This document shows positions 41,953-54,730 of a stretch of DNA of 64,000 nt, one piece after another. Location of the stretch: NCBI RefSeq assembly GCF_006345805.1, contig NC_043002.1:51956001-52020000 (forward strand), read 5' to 3'. Position numbers and translations under genes: made by a program. The stretch is from Octopus sinensis. Lineage: Eukaryota. A model generated the notes under the pieces. The model saw nothing but the letters and a program-made list of their open reading frames with translations, was not told the DNA's origin and searched no databases. Position 1 is the first letter of the stretch. Every line of letters begins with the position of its first letter.

Positions 41953-42400
41953 ATTTGCAAGCTCCATATCAATGGTCCATAGATGTCCTCTTTCTCCTTT
42001 ATTTTTCTAACTACATTGGTGTTCAGAGGGCAGCTGATTTCATCTATGTATGTATGTATGTATGTATGTATTCTCTTACATTTTTAATTGTTTGAAGTAT
42101 TTTAAGGAAGGAGATGGTTTAAGCCAAAGATACAAAGCTCCATTGTTGGAATGAAAATAATAAAAACAAATTCACATTTCGAACTCGAGAAAAGTTTCGC
42201 ATATTTTTATTGCTCTATTTACAGATTGTATTTGCATTGTGCAGATCAGTTGGTTAATTTCTTTTTCTTGAAATGCTAAATAGGTATTTACCCACAAAAC
42301 CAGAGCACCAATTATTATTGTTGTTAATATAAATTTATAGTCTAGGTATAGAAACTTGTGGTTTCGAAGCAACAGTCTTTTGTTGTCCAAATTCATTCAC
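40270..42400 (-). mobile_element. Mosaic of decayed restriction-like-endonuclease LINE fragments
   Basis: DNVDRLYLRSNEGGR, CRLCHVSAEDITHVISSC (CCHC), HSRP/IIEVSCP and EEISCPLDTNV...FIPIIIGTRG fragments, separated by (TATG)n and (TG)n. Confidence 0.8.
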
Positions 42401-42509
42401 AACGCTTTGGTCGGCTCGAGGTTATTGTAGAAGACACATGTCCAAGGTATCACGCAGTGGGCTTGAACCCGGAACCATGTGGTTGGGAAGCAAATTTCTT
42501 ATCACATAT

Positions 42510-42655
42510 ATTTCTTTATTGCCCACAAGGGGCTAAACATAGAGGGGACAAACAAGGACAGACAAACGGATTAAGTCGATTACATCGACCCCAGTGCGAA
42601 ACTGGTATTTTATTTATCGACCCCGAAAGGATGAAAGGCAAAGTCGACCTCGGCG
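42510..42655 (-). mobile_element. 5'-truncated SINE B2 nested in the head of a family A SINE
   Basis: Family A head is split at CATA (42375-42510 and 42655-42680). Confidence 0.8.
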
Positions 42656-43003
42656 CATAGCCACGCCTGCGCCCTTGTATGTGAATGCCTCTGATCGCTG
42701 TATATCAGTTTACCACTGTCTGTCGTCGCGTACGTATATATATGTATATCATACATGTATATATATACATATCGTATATATATCGTATACATATATGTAT
42801 ATCATATATGTGATTATGCAAGAGAGAGGTCTTCACGTAAAGCAAGTTAAAAGAAGTTATGACAGTGAGAAAGAGAGAAAGAAAGCTTCAGAAAATGTTC
42901 GAATGTGAAAGAGGGAAAGATGGAGTGCATGCTGAAGTGTGTGTGTGTATGTGTGTGCGTGCGTGTGTGTGTGCGTGCGTTACTGGTAGTGTCTAGCTGT
43001 ATG

Positions 43004-43041
<38 letters not shown>

Positions 43042-43129
43042 CCTGATTGTGTATTGTGTGCGCGAGCGCATTTATGCCTGCGTGTATGTTTATATACGAA
43101 AGGAAAATAATCTTGACAGCCAACAAATG

Positions 43130-44170
43130 AGAAAAGGAAGGAAGAAAGAAAGGAAGAAAGGAAGGAATAAGGAAGGAAGGAAGGAAGGAAGGAAAAAAGG
43201 AAGAAAGAAAGAAAGGAAGGAGGAAAGGAAGGAAGAAAGGAAGGAAGAAAGAAAGAAAGGAAGAAAGGAAGGAAGAAAGAAAGGAAGAAAGGAAGGAAGA
43301 AAGAAAGGAAGAAAGGAAGGAAGAAAGAAAGAAAGAAAGGAAAAAAGAAAGAAAGGAAAAAAAAGAAAGAAAGGGAAAAGGAAGAAAGGAAGGAAGAAAG
43401 AAAGGAAGAAAGGAAGGAAGAAAGAAAGGAAGAAAGGAAAAAAGGAAGAAAGGAAGAAAGAAAGGAAAAAGGGAAGAAAGGAAGAAAGAGGTTGTAAGAT
43501 TAGGAATGTTGATGGAAAAGAAAAGAGGGACGGATAGGAAAGCAATACAATGAAGGAGAAAGAGGATGCTGGAGATAAAGTGGGAATGGTCCATAAGAAT
43601 GGAAAAAAGAAAAGGCGAAAACAAGCGGATGGTGAGTGAGAAATAATGAAAGATAAACAGACATTAAGATGGGAAAGAGAGAAGGGAAAAGGAGTGTGAA
43701 TGTGTGAGTGAAAAAAAAGGAAAGAGAGAGGGCGGGAGAGAGAGAGGGAGGAAGGAAGGAAGGTAAGAAGGTGAGAAGGAAGGAAGGAAGGGAAAGAAAA
43801 GGAAAGGAAGGAAGGAAGGGAAGGAAGGGTGGGAGGGAGGAATGAAGGAAGGCAGGGAGGCAGGAAGGAAGGAAGGAAGGAAGGAAGAAAGGGAGGATGG
43901 AAGAAAAAAGAAAGAAAGAAGGAAAGAAAGAAAGAAAAAAAAGAAAAAAAGACAGAAAGAGAGTTGTCTAAGAAAAAGATATTGTAGTAAGAAAGATGAA
44001 GATCGGAAAAGGGAGAGGCGGGGAGAAAGAAAGAGGGTGCGGTCGGTAGGTAAGTAAATGATAAGTAGGAGGGGAGGAAGAGAGGGAGGAGGGGAGGGAA
44101 GAGGGGAGAGAGAGAAAGAATGAATGAACGAGTAAGTGAATGAAAGAAAGAAGACAAGGAAGAAAGTGAG
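43130..44170. repeat. Long polypurine (GAAA/GGAA/GAG)n tracts
   Basis: Directly visible; source of the K/E/R/G and F/L/S/P ORFs. Confidence 0.95.
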
Positions 44171-44475
44171 TGAAAGTGCGAATGAGTGGAAGTGCGTGCG
44201 GTCATGTATATGCGTGTGTGTTAATATTGCACATTCTGTGCGTTTGTGTATGTGTATGTGTGTGCGTGTGCGTGCGTGCGTGTGTGCGCGTGCCTTCGTG
44301 TGTGTGTGAGGAACAAAATGCGAACGAGCAAAAATTAAAGATGACAGAAGAGAAAGGCAGAGACTGACAGGCATTGACAGACAGATAGATGAAGAGTTGA
44401 AGAATGTGACGATGAGACAGTTACATATGGTGGCAGTGGTTGCAAGGACGATGGTAGATAGATAGAGAGAGAGAG

Positions 44476-44530
<55 letters not shown>

Positions 44531-44534
44531 TAGA

Positions 44535-46040
44535 TATGTTTCTTTATTAGCCACACAGGGCTGCACACAGATAGAACAAATTACAAGGTAGAGCTTTTCT
44601 TTTGAAGGTTTAAAAAAAAAAAAAGAAAAAGAAAAGAAAAAAGGAAGGGGGGAGTTTCGATCAAAAGGGATCGTAAAAGGAGAGAAAGAGGACAAAAAGA
44701 AGGGGGTTAAAAAAAAAGGGGGAGAGGAAAAAAAAAAATTTGATCAATAGGGATCGTTATCACAGAAATGTCAATATGAAGTGTAAAGGGGAGGACAGGT
44801 GAGGTTTACCCGTGGAAAGAAAAGCCTACGGAAAAGACCACGGTAACCTCGGTCAATGGAGTCACATGTTATATTTCTTTTTTTTTTTTTTTTGCAAATA
44901 AGCAACTCTCTGTTTTCAATTTCTGGGTTCATAGGATCATGCTCAAGGTGGCTTCGTCATTCATACGTGCCATTCTTGCTACATTCACCCATCTTTTTTT
45001 AAAACATTCGCTAGACAAAACTTGCCTCTCTACTCTCACTTTCATTTTCAAGTGGTACTTGAAGAAGTTGATGAGAGATTGACCAGAGAGGAAAGTGTTT
45101 GTCTCCAATCCTTTCAGACGCGTCCACCAGATACATTCTTTCGCCATAGCCACAAGGATGATGAAAATAGCTCTTCCTTCCCGTTTGAAGGAGGGAGGCG
45201 TGACAATATTAACGATAGACTCAGCTGATAAACCGACTCGTCCCACACGTGACAGCAGTTGTTCGACACAAGCCCACAGGTCGGAAATTGTTGGACACTG
45301 CACGAGTGCGTGCAGAACGGTTTCGTCGCTCTGACCGCATCTCGGGCAGGTCGGCCCCGTGTTTCTCGAGCCGTGTCTGTAGAGCTTATCCCGAACGGGT
45401 AGCGCTTCTCGGTAGCACTGCCAGGCCAGGGATCTCTGGAAGTTGTCCATGGGCCCTGGCCCGAAAGTCGTCCTGAACAGGCGGGTCAGGTACTCCTCGT
45501 CGACGTCCAGGTTCGCCCCGAGCTCGTCGTCGTACCTCCCCTCCACTAAACCCCTATAGAATGCTTTGGTTGTGTTGAAGTCACTCAAGGTCGACCCAGG
45601 ACGGCAGAGTTGCTTGAGAGCAACGCGACACTCGCGGTGCCATTCGCCCTTCTTCGGCCTCTTTTTGATCCACGACTGCAGTTCGGTCATGGAGACGAGC
45701 TGCGGGAAAGCGTGCCTCACAAACGGCGACCACACCTGTTCACCGTCGTCTACATAGAGCCAGAGATGTCGCAGTCTCAGCGCGTGTCTGCGCATCATCA
45801 ACCACGGCATGCCCAGCCCTCCTTTTAACGGGTGTTGACAGCAAATGGATCGCCTGACCATCGGGACGCATCCTTTCCACAAGAAGCGAAAGAGAATGCG
45901 TTGTAGTTTGGTGATGGTAGGGTCGGGACAAGGTACGACGGTCAGGCGGTAGTAGATGACGGACGCGATGTACGTGTTCGCCACCTCCGCCCGACCTTTT
46001 AGGGACAGTTTCCTCTCGGCCCATTGCCGGGCGAGAGTGA
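44535..46040 (-). mobile_element. Young 5'-truncated Tx1-clade (L1 superfamily) LINE inserted in (GATA/GACA)n
   Basis: Uninterrupted ORF2 C-terminal part, about 390-bp 3' UTR ending AATAAAGAAACATA. (TCTA/TCTG)n lies directly on both sides in the same orientation. Confidence 0.9.

Positions 46041-46041
<1 letters not shown>
44929..46041 (-). CDS. Tx1-like ORF2 C-terminal 370 codons (post-RT region with zf-RVT-type CCHC knuckle); no start codon
   Basis: [27 protein letters not shown] and [18 protein letters not shown] motifs; no internal stop; visibly GC/CpG-rich relative to flanks. Confidence 0.85.
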
Positions 46042-46761
<720 letters not shown>

Positions 46762-47454
46762 GTTCTAAGCAGTGTTGCAGGAGGTGAAGAAGAAGAAAAA
46801 AAAAATAGTGGCGACGGTGAAGGAAGTAATTTTTAAATAATTTAAAGGTGGGTTGGAGTGCAATGTTTTTGAGGCCAGAAGTTGGAGCTGCAGAATTGGA
46901 GAAAGCTGTCACAATCGAAGGATTTACGATTGTTATCTGCGAATGACAAGAAGCAAAGCCAATTTAGACGTCTAACATGTTGGGCGTGCCAGCGGTCGAG
47001 ATTATTATTTGAGGGTGTAAGATTATAAGAGAGTCGAAAATGAGATTTCTTCTGAACTTATTTCTCTACGAGTCTAGTCTAGTCTAGAAAGATTTTTTTT
47101 CTTTCTTATTTTTCTCTTCGTTTCTTCTTATTTTTCTCCTCCTCTTTCTTCTTCTTCTCCTTCCGTTTCTTATTCTTCCTCTTTATTCTCAGAGCAAAAG
47201 CTAACTTTAAACTAGGTGAACTTACTGAACTGATGAAATCAGAAACTGTCTGCATTTTGCTCTTTTCTTTCTCACTCTGGTCGCGTTGGTGGCGGGTAGG
47301 GTGGGAGGGAACGTATACGGATGGCATATGTATGAGTGCGTGCGCGTATGTATGTGTGTGTGTGTGCATGTGTGTATATGTGTATGTGTGTGTATACATG
47401 TGTGTGTCTGTATGTGCGCATGTTTTTTTGTATGGATTATGCATATATTCTTTC

Positions 47455-48247
47455 ATTTCTTTCAGTCATTTGACTGCGGCCATGCTGGGGCCGCGCTTTT
47501 AGTCGGACAGATCGACCCCAGGACTTTTTTTTTGTAAGCCTAGTACTTATTTTATTGGTCTCTTTTGCCGAACCGCTAGATTACGGTGACGGAAACACAC
47601 CAACATCGGTTGTCAAGCGATGGTGGGAGGGGACCGAAATTGCGAAGATGATCCGGTTCTTGACTGAAGATCGAAGGCTTCGAATGTTACGTCCGTTTTT
47701 TTGTATCGTCTTCTAAATGTTTTGCGTTCTTGTCCCAGTTTGTGTTTTTTTATATTTACCTATATATATATATATATACTGTTTTACTGTTTTACTTGTT
47801 TCAGTCATTTGACTGCGGCCATGCTGGAGCACCGCCTTTAGTCAAGTAAATCGACCCCAGGACTTATTCTTTGTAAGCCTAGTACTTATTCTATCGGTCT
47901 CTTTGACGAACCGCTAAGTGACGGGGACATAAACACACCAGCATCGGTTGTCAAGCGATGTTGGGAGGACAAACACAGACACACAAACACACACACATAT
48001 ATATATATACACATATACATATATACGACGGGCTTCTTTCAGTTTCCGTCTACCAAATCCACTTACAAGGCTTTGGTCGGCCCGAGGCTATAGCAGAAGA
48101 CACTTGCCCAAGGTGCCACTCAGTGGGACTGAACCCAGAACCATGTAGTTCGTAAACGAGTTACTTACCACACAGCACTCCTGCGCCTAATATATATATA
48201 TATACGACGTATATATATATATTATATATTATATATATATATATATA

Positions 48248-48324
<77 letters not shown>

Positions 48325-48478
48325 ACGGGCTTCTTTCAGTTTCCGCCTACCAAATCCACTCACAAGGCTTTGATTGGCCCGAGGCTATAGTAGAAGACAC
48401 TTACCCAAGGTGCCATGCAGTGGGACTGAACCTGGTAAGCAAACTACTTACCACACAGCCACTACTGCGCTTATGCAT

Positions 48479-48512
<34 letters not shown>

Positions 48513-48681
48513 ACCTGTGTTTGTTCGTTCGTCTGAGCATGCAGTGCATTTAGTATGTCTTTCCGCCTGCTTGTTTAAATAAGAAGCTTTCGGGTTCAGT
48601 CCCACTGCGTGGCACCCTGGGTAAGTGTCTTCTACTATAACCCAAAGTCTTGTGAGTGGATTTGGTAGACGGAAACGTGTT

Positions 48682-48732
<51 letters not shown>

Positions 48733-48885
48733 TGTTGGTGTGTTTATGTCCCCGTAACTTACCGGTTCGGCAAAAGACCGATAGAATAACTGATAGGCTT
48801 ACAACGAATAAGTGCTGGTGTTGATTTGTTCGACGTGCACCAGCATGGCCGCAGTCAAATGACCGAAACCAATAAAAGAATATAT
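47455..48885. mobile_element. Cluster of four SINE family A copies or halves
   Basis: 47455-47635 (-), 47785-48190 (-), 48322-48470 (-), 48590-48885 (+). Confidence 0.85.
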
Positions 48886-48907
48886 GTAAGTACACACACG
48901 CACGCTC

Positions 48908-49019
<112 letters not shown>

Positions 49020-49370
49020 TTTACAAGGCCAATTCACTGACATAGATGGAACCACAAAACTTACATTGGGATTGCTGAAAATACCTTCAAGGAAAGATAC
49101 ACGCAGCACTTTATTTCGTTTAGAGATAAGAATATAAGACGCGACGTTTTTGTTTAATATGGTTTGGAACCTTAAAGATAGGAAGGTAGACGACCCCAAA
49201 ATAAACTGGCGCATCATAGCCAAAACCATGAGATATAAGGAACGAGGCAGTAGATGCAATCTCTGTAGTACAGAGAAATTAAATATTACTTCACCAGCGA
49301 ACATTTAGAACAGTAATACAGAAACTTCCTCCTAGGGTTTGCACAAATAACAATCTAAACTGAAAAATGT
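49020..49370 (+). mobile_element. Penelope-like GIY-YIG endonuclease fragment
   Basis: TYIGIAENTFKERYTQHFISFR...WNLKD...INWRII...CNLCSTEKL; frameshifted; 5' junction at (TA)n. Confidence 0.8.
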
Positions 49371-50552
49371 CATGCATGATCCCTCGTTGATCTTCCTATC
49401 TATCAAACCAGAATAAAGCTAATATATAATAATGTTAATATATATAATATTCATGATATGCATAATAAAAATATACACTCTCGATTCGATCTCAGAAACT
49501 CATGCTTCAATTCAAAACTGTGTACATATATAACACACATATAAGACATCATACGATTTGTTAATTATATTTTCATGAGCATACAATTTCATGAACTTAT
49601 AAACGTTTAAAAACTTTGTAACCCTCCAGAAAAGATCAGTATACACATGCATATACAGTCACAAAAGTGTTATATAACATATGTTGTATACATATAAACA
49701 TCTGTAGTTTATTTTACTGACCCAAAGGATGAAAGGTAAAGTTGGCTTCGGCTGTATTTGAACTCGGAATGTAAAGAGCGGGAAGAAATGGTGCTAAGCA
49801 TTTTGTTCGACGCAGTAATTGTTCTGCCAGCACATTGCTCTTGAAGCAAAACTTAAGAGGTATTTCAAAGTTAATGTTAAATGGTATCAGCTTAATATCT
49901 ATAAAGAATTATTGTCTACAATCAAAGAAATTTAGTTGTACGTAGAAAAAATGGTTAAGTTTGAAGGATATAAATGTGTTGGGAAAAAAATCTTTCGATA
50001 TTTTATATTTTAAAAAATAAGAAGCTAAAGAAAAGTAAATTATTAGTATGGTAAAAGAAAGTGGTGAAAATTTATATATCTAATAAAATGGAAGTTACAT
50101 TTCCTATAAGATAAAAATCGAAGGAACAGAAAATTTAAAGCTAAGATGAATAATTATGAAAAACCCTTTGAAATTAAAGCAAGAAAATATTAGAGAAAAA
50201 ATTAAATAATAAACCAGTAAAAGGTTTTAAAATATCTAATTAAATAAATTAAAGAATCTAAAATGAAAGTTATGTCATCTATCTTAACTAATAAATACGG
50301 AAAATAATTTTTTTTATTGAATAAAGGAAGCAAGAACACTAGAAGGAAGTTAGGTTAGAAAGTAACGGTTGTTGTTTAAAGTCTAAATTATTATAAATCG
50401 AGACAAAATCGATGTCAAAACACGTAAGGTCGTTGAAACAAATGTATTAATTGTATAATTACATGATTGTAAGAGGGTTTCTGGAATTGGAGGCTAACGG
50501 TTTATGATCGTGTTTAGTTTAAACAAATTCAGAAGTTGTATTATATCATTTA

Positions 50553-50765
50553 AGGCGGCGAGCTGGCAGAATCGTCAGCACACTTGGGAAAATGTTTAGC
50601 GTCATTTCGTCCATCTTCACGTCCTGAATTCATATTCCACCGAGGTCGATTTTGCCTTTCACCCTTTGGGGTCGATTAAATGAGGACCAGTTGAGCACTG
50701 GGGTTGATATAATTGACTTATACCCTATCCCGAAATGCTGGTCTTGTGCCAAAATTTGAAACCAC
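50553..50765 (+). mobile_element. SINE family B
   Basis: GGCGGCGAGCTGGCAGAATCG head and core. Confidence 0.8.
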
Positions 50766-51053
50766 TTGTTCGGACCTTCTGTGTGTATTTGTTAGACGGA
50801 AATTGTATGGCAGTCCTTCATACACGTGTGTGTGTGCGTCTTTGTGTCTGTATTAGTCCCCATCGCTTGACATCCAGTGTTTGTTTGTTTACGTCGGTGT
50901 AAACTTACCATTACAGCTAAGTAGACCGATATAATAAGTACCAACCTTTAAAAAATAAATAACGGCGACGATCAGTTCACCTAAAACTCTTCAAGACGGT
51001 GCTCTAGCATGGCTGCAGTCTAAAGGCTGAAGCAAAATATATATATATATATT

Positions 51054-51117
<64 letters not shown>

Positions 51118-51615
51118 CAGCAAAACTTTAGATTCAAATGAATATGGTACTTAATTTAGATGCACCAGAATTCTGTATGGTGTTATCCATAAAAATCCGT
51201 GAGGTGATTATAATAAAAATAAGCAGCAAGAATGACTCCGGTAATTTGGTACGATCGTTTCGTACTACATCATTTTATTAAATGTTGTAAGTATTACAAC
51301 AGTTTTAAAATGCTGAGCACTCATCAGCCAATTATATATATATATATATATATAAACATTATTGCTTTTAAATCTCTCAACGGGAGACATTCAGTAACAG
51401 TACCTTAAAGTAAAGATTATTTGCCAATATAATGCGGCAGTCTCGGTTGGGACGAATGTTACTGTTGTTTAGCCCCAGTAAACATCGTCTCCAGCTGGCT
51501 ATACGACACACTATCTGTGTCTTTATATTTTTGAACAGGGGAATTTAGCACCCCTACCCAGTACAAAGCAGTATCAGATGTATGTATGTATGTATGTATG
51601 TATGTATAATGTATG

Positions 51616-51648
<33 letters not shown>

Positions 51649-52115
51649 TATATATGTATATATATGGCCGACTACTGAGAATAAAGAGCGCAAAATAATT
51701 CTGAGAATGAATAAAATATTTAATCTAGAATCTTTTATTTTGTCGAGCAAACGACTATGCATTAAATATAATTTATCTGTGTGCATGTGTGGTGTGTGTG
51801 TGTATACACACACACACATACATTTATATATATATTATATATATATATGAATATATATATGTATGTGTCTGTGTACATATTTACATTTACATATGTATAT
51901 ATACTTATATATACACGCACTTACATACGAAACAATGACGATCAAAATAACGACTTGTACATTGCACTACAACGTGGAAGATATCCGCAGCAAGACTTTT
52001 GTCTCGGTGATAACCGAGCATTGAATGACGTCAGCAGACTTTCAGATACGTGTTTCGAGGTTATTATTCCTCCTCCCGGTTAGAATTTCTGTACGTAAAA
52101 GTAAACAGCAAAACA

Positions 52116-52625
52116 CCGTAAATCCTCGAGTATAATTCGCATTTTTTTCCCAAAATTTAAAAGTCAAAATCCCTAGTGCGTACTATATACGAGGTTAAAA
52201 ATGAAAATATTTTCTAAGCAATGTCCGAGTCTCTATTTGCTGTCTGGCTATGTGTATTCAGACGCATTTTGTGATGTCGGGCGTGAAAATATCTTAAGCT
52301 AAGCCAGAAAGCAATAAAGTCATAAAAGAATCATCCATAACTTGCAGTAAGCAACATTTATTAAACGTTATTACTATTATTTCTTTATTTTCTGCAAACA
52401 AAATGCACAAAAAAGCTATACGTTTGCATTATGTTATATATACAATAATAATAAAGGACGTTACCGTATACATTTTCACAAACCAAGGACGTTATATAGA
52501 CCTTCTTGACTCAAGTTAGAGAAGGGGTACGTATTATACACAAGGTTTAGGGTTTTCAGAGGTAAAGCCCCCTAAAAATCCCTGCGTATTATACTCAAGG
52601 GCGGACTATACTCGAGGATTTACGG
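52116..52625. mobile_element. pogo/Tigger-like MITE
   Basis: TIRs CCGTAAATCCTCGAGTATAATTCGC / GCGGACTATACTCGAGGATTTACGG, with repeated subterminal GCGTA(C/T)TATA motifs. Confidence 0.8.
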
Positions 52626-53875
52626 CACTTTACTGATGTGTACTGCGGCTTTGTCACGTTGTAAGTTATTCATAATAAGTACAGGAAACAGTGACAATTA
52701 AAATAATGAGGTGTACATTTATATTTAATGCGTTCTGTACATCAGAACATGGAAGGCGTTCGCTGCGGTACTCTCAACACGGAGAAATTTTTCTCTTTAT
52801 AGATTTTGGAAATAAACTGAAACATTGTCTTTCATCGAGGCGGCATAAACACGCTAAAACATGTTTCTGACAATGTTGATGCCACTCACATCTCAGCTCG
52901 ATGTGTTTTTATGAACCAAGACTAGAAAATTTTCTCAGAGACAAGAGTCCCGCAGAGAACGTCTTCCATCTTCTAGTGTATAGAAGAGTATTAAATATAT
53001 GTATACACACGCCGTTAATTTGATCGCCCTTACTTCGAGTGCTTATTACGAATTAACTACAATTCAGCTACGCATCAGTACTCATCAGAAAATGTAATTT
53101 TTGATCTTTACATAAAGGAACAAAAGTTAGAACCGGGCTATGAATGACCGGGGCGGTGTCTTGTTACTTAGGGGGCCTAGTCACGCCGAAACACGTGTTT
53201 GGTATCCCGCTGGGTTATTCAGAACCCCGCTCGATGTGTTTTATACACGAAATCAATAACGAGAAACTTTTTTCTATCCATAATTTCTCAACGCATTCAT
53301 TCTGAAATTATTACGCGGGAGACTTGAAAAAGTATTGAATAGGCTCTTTGGACAAGTTTGTTCCTCAATCACATGATTCCAGGTTCAGTACCGCTGCGTA
53401 GCACCATGGGAATGTGACTTCTACTATAACTCTGAGCCGACCAAATAAATACTGGAATCGATTCGTTCTACTAGAATTCTTCCAGGCGGTTCCCCAGTAT
53501 GACTGCAGTCTAATGACTGAAACAAGTGAAAGATAAAAGATAACTGGATATAACACTAACAAAATTCGCAGAAATTTTCGATCAGGAGTCGCGATGAGAA
53601 CAGTTGTACAGTGAATCACAGTGCTACGATTAATTATATCGAGAACAACCTTGTATTTTAAGGATCGAGTGGGTAACATGTCGATGAAATATCACTGTGG
53701 TGGAGTAGAGTGGGCTATACGTGATGAGTTTACCATGAGAATGAACTGTTATATACCACTACTTGGAATACTCTATTCAGAACCAGATCCGTATTTAATG
53801 GCACACCGAGGCGAATTGTGGAGTCTTATCTGTTGGTGTGTATTCCCCGACAGTCGAAAAAACTGAGGTAATGTA

Positions 53876-54339
53876 CGGGGTAGGCCAAAATTCACGCACC
53901 AAAACATTTTACCTATATTACATTATTGTTATTATCATTCATTTAGTTCATCATGTACAAGTACGAGGTGCGGATGCTGAAAAGTTCTTGTCTTTAAAGG
54001 TGTCGCGAAAGGCCTGGTTTGGAAGCCCAAACTTCCAAGCACTTTTATGGGGCTTAGAAAAACTGAAGGACCGCTGCAGTAACTGTTTGAATCAGAGAGG
54101 GAAATATATTGAATAAAATTATAATTAATTGATCCACCTGAATCTGAGAGGGGAATATAATACTTTGAATAAAATCATATCCTGTATTTCCTTTCACTCA
54201 AAACCAGGAACTTTTCTGTACCCCTCGTACGTGCGTATTCATCGTTATTTTATTTAATTTTAGAAAAACTTAAGCATGTCTTTGAGGTAATCCTGGGGCG
54301 TATTGAACTTATTTTGTGCGTAACTTTTGGCCCACCCTG
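53876..54339. mobile_element. Tc1/mariner-type MITE (outer)
   Basis: TA|CGGGGTAGGCCAAAATTCACGCAC ... GTGCGTAACTTTTGGCCCACCCTG|TA. Confidence 0.75.
53964..54227 (+). mobile_element. mariner-derived MITE (inner, nested)
   Basis: TA|CGAGG..GCTGAAAAGTTC ... GAACTTTTCTGTACCCCTCG|TA; carries the transposase tail GLEKLKDRCSNCLNQRGKYIE. Confidence 0.8.
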
Positions 54340-54589
54340 TATTTCTCAAAAACAGAAAAACACCAGAAACCAACTCGAACTTCTTGCTTCTTGACTAGAT
54401 ATTCTAGTTTCTTATCTCCTTCGCCATCTCACCTCTATGTCACCAAAGTAAGACCAACGCAGTCATCTACAAAATTGGTTTTGTTTTTAGAAAACAAATC
54501 ACTGCCGCTGCTACTCACTCTCGGCATCTGAATATAAATCAATCTCATCGGTCTTAACAATATTTGCTTGTGTCTACGCTGTTTTCTAA

Positions 54590-54730
54590 ATCTTTCGGCC
54601 CCCATCACTCCAATAATTTTTCTTCTCTTTATCAATGACCTCCTGTCAATCACCAATAACCCCATAAGAATCTATACAGATGGTACAATATTCCATTATC
54701 ACACATCTTTTAAATTTAACTTACTATCTA
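54590..54730 (+). mobile_element. Decayed CR1/L2/Jockey-type reverse transcriptase fragment
   Basis: PIIFLLFINDLLSITNNPIRIYTDG resembles LFLLFINDL...YADD. Confidence 0.6.

Noticed and set aside
42905-44695. 210-371 aa ORFs
   Set aside because: Translations of polypurine/polypyrimidine and dinucleotide repeats
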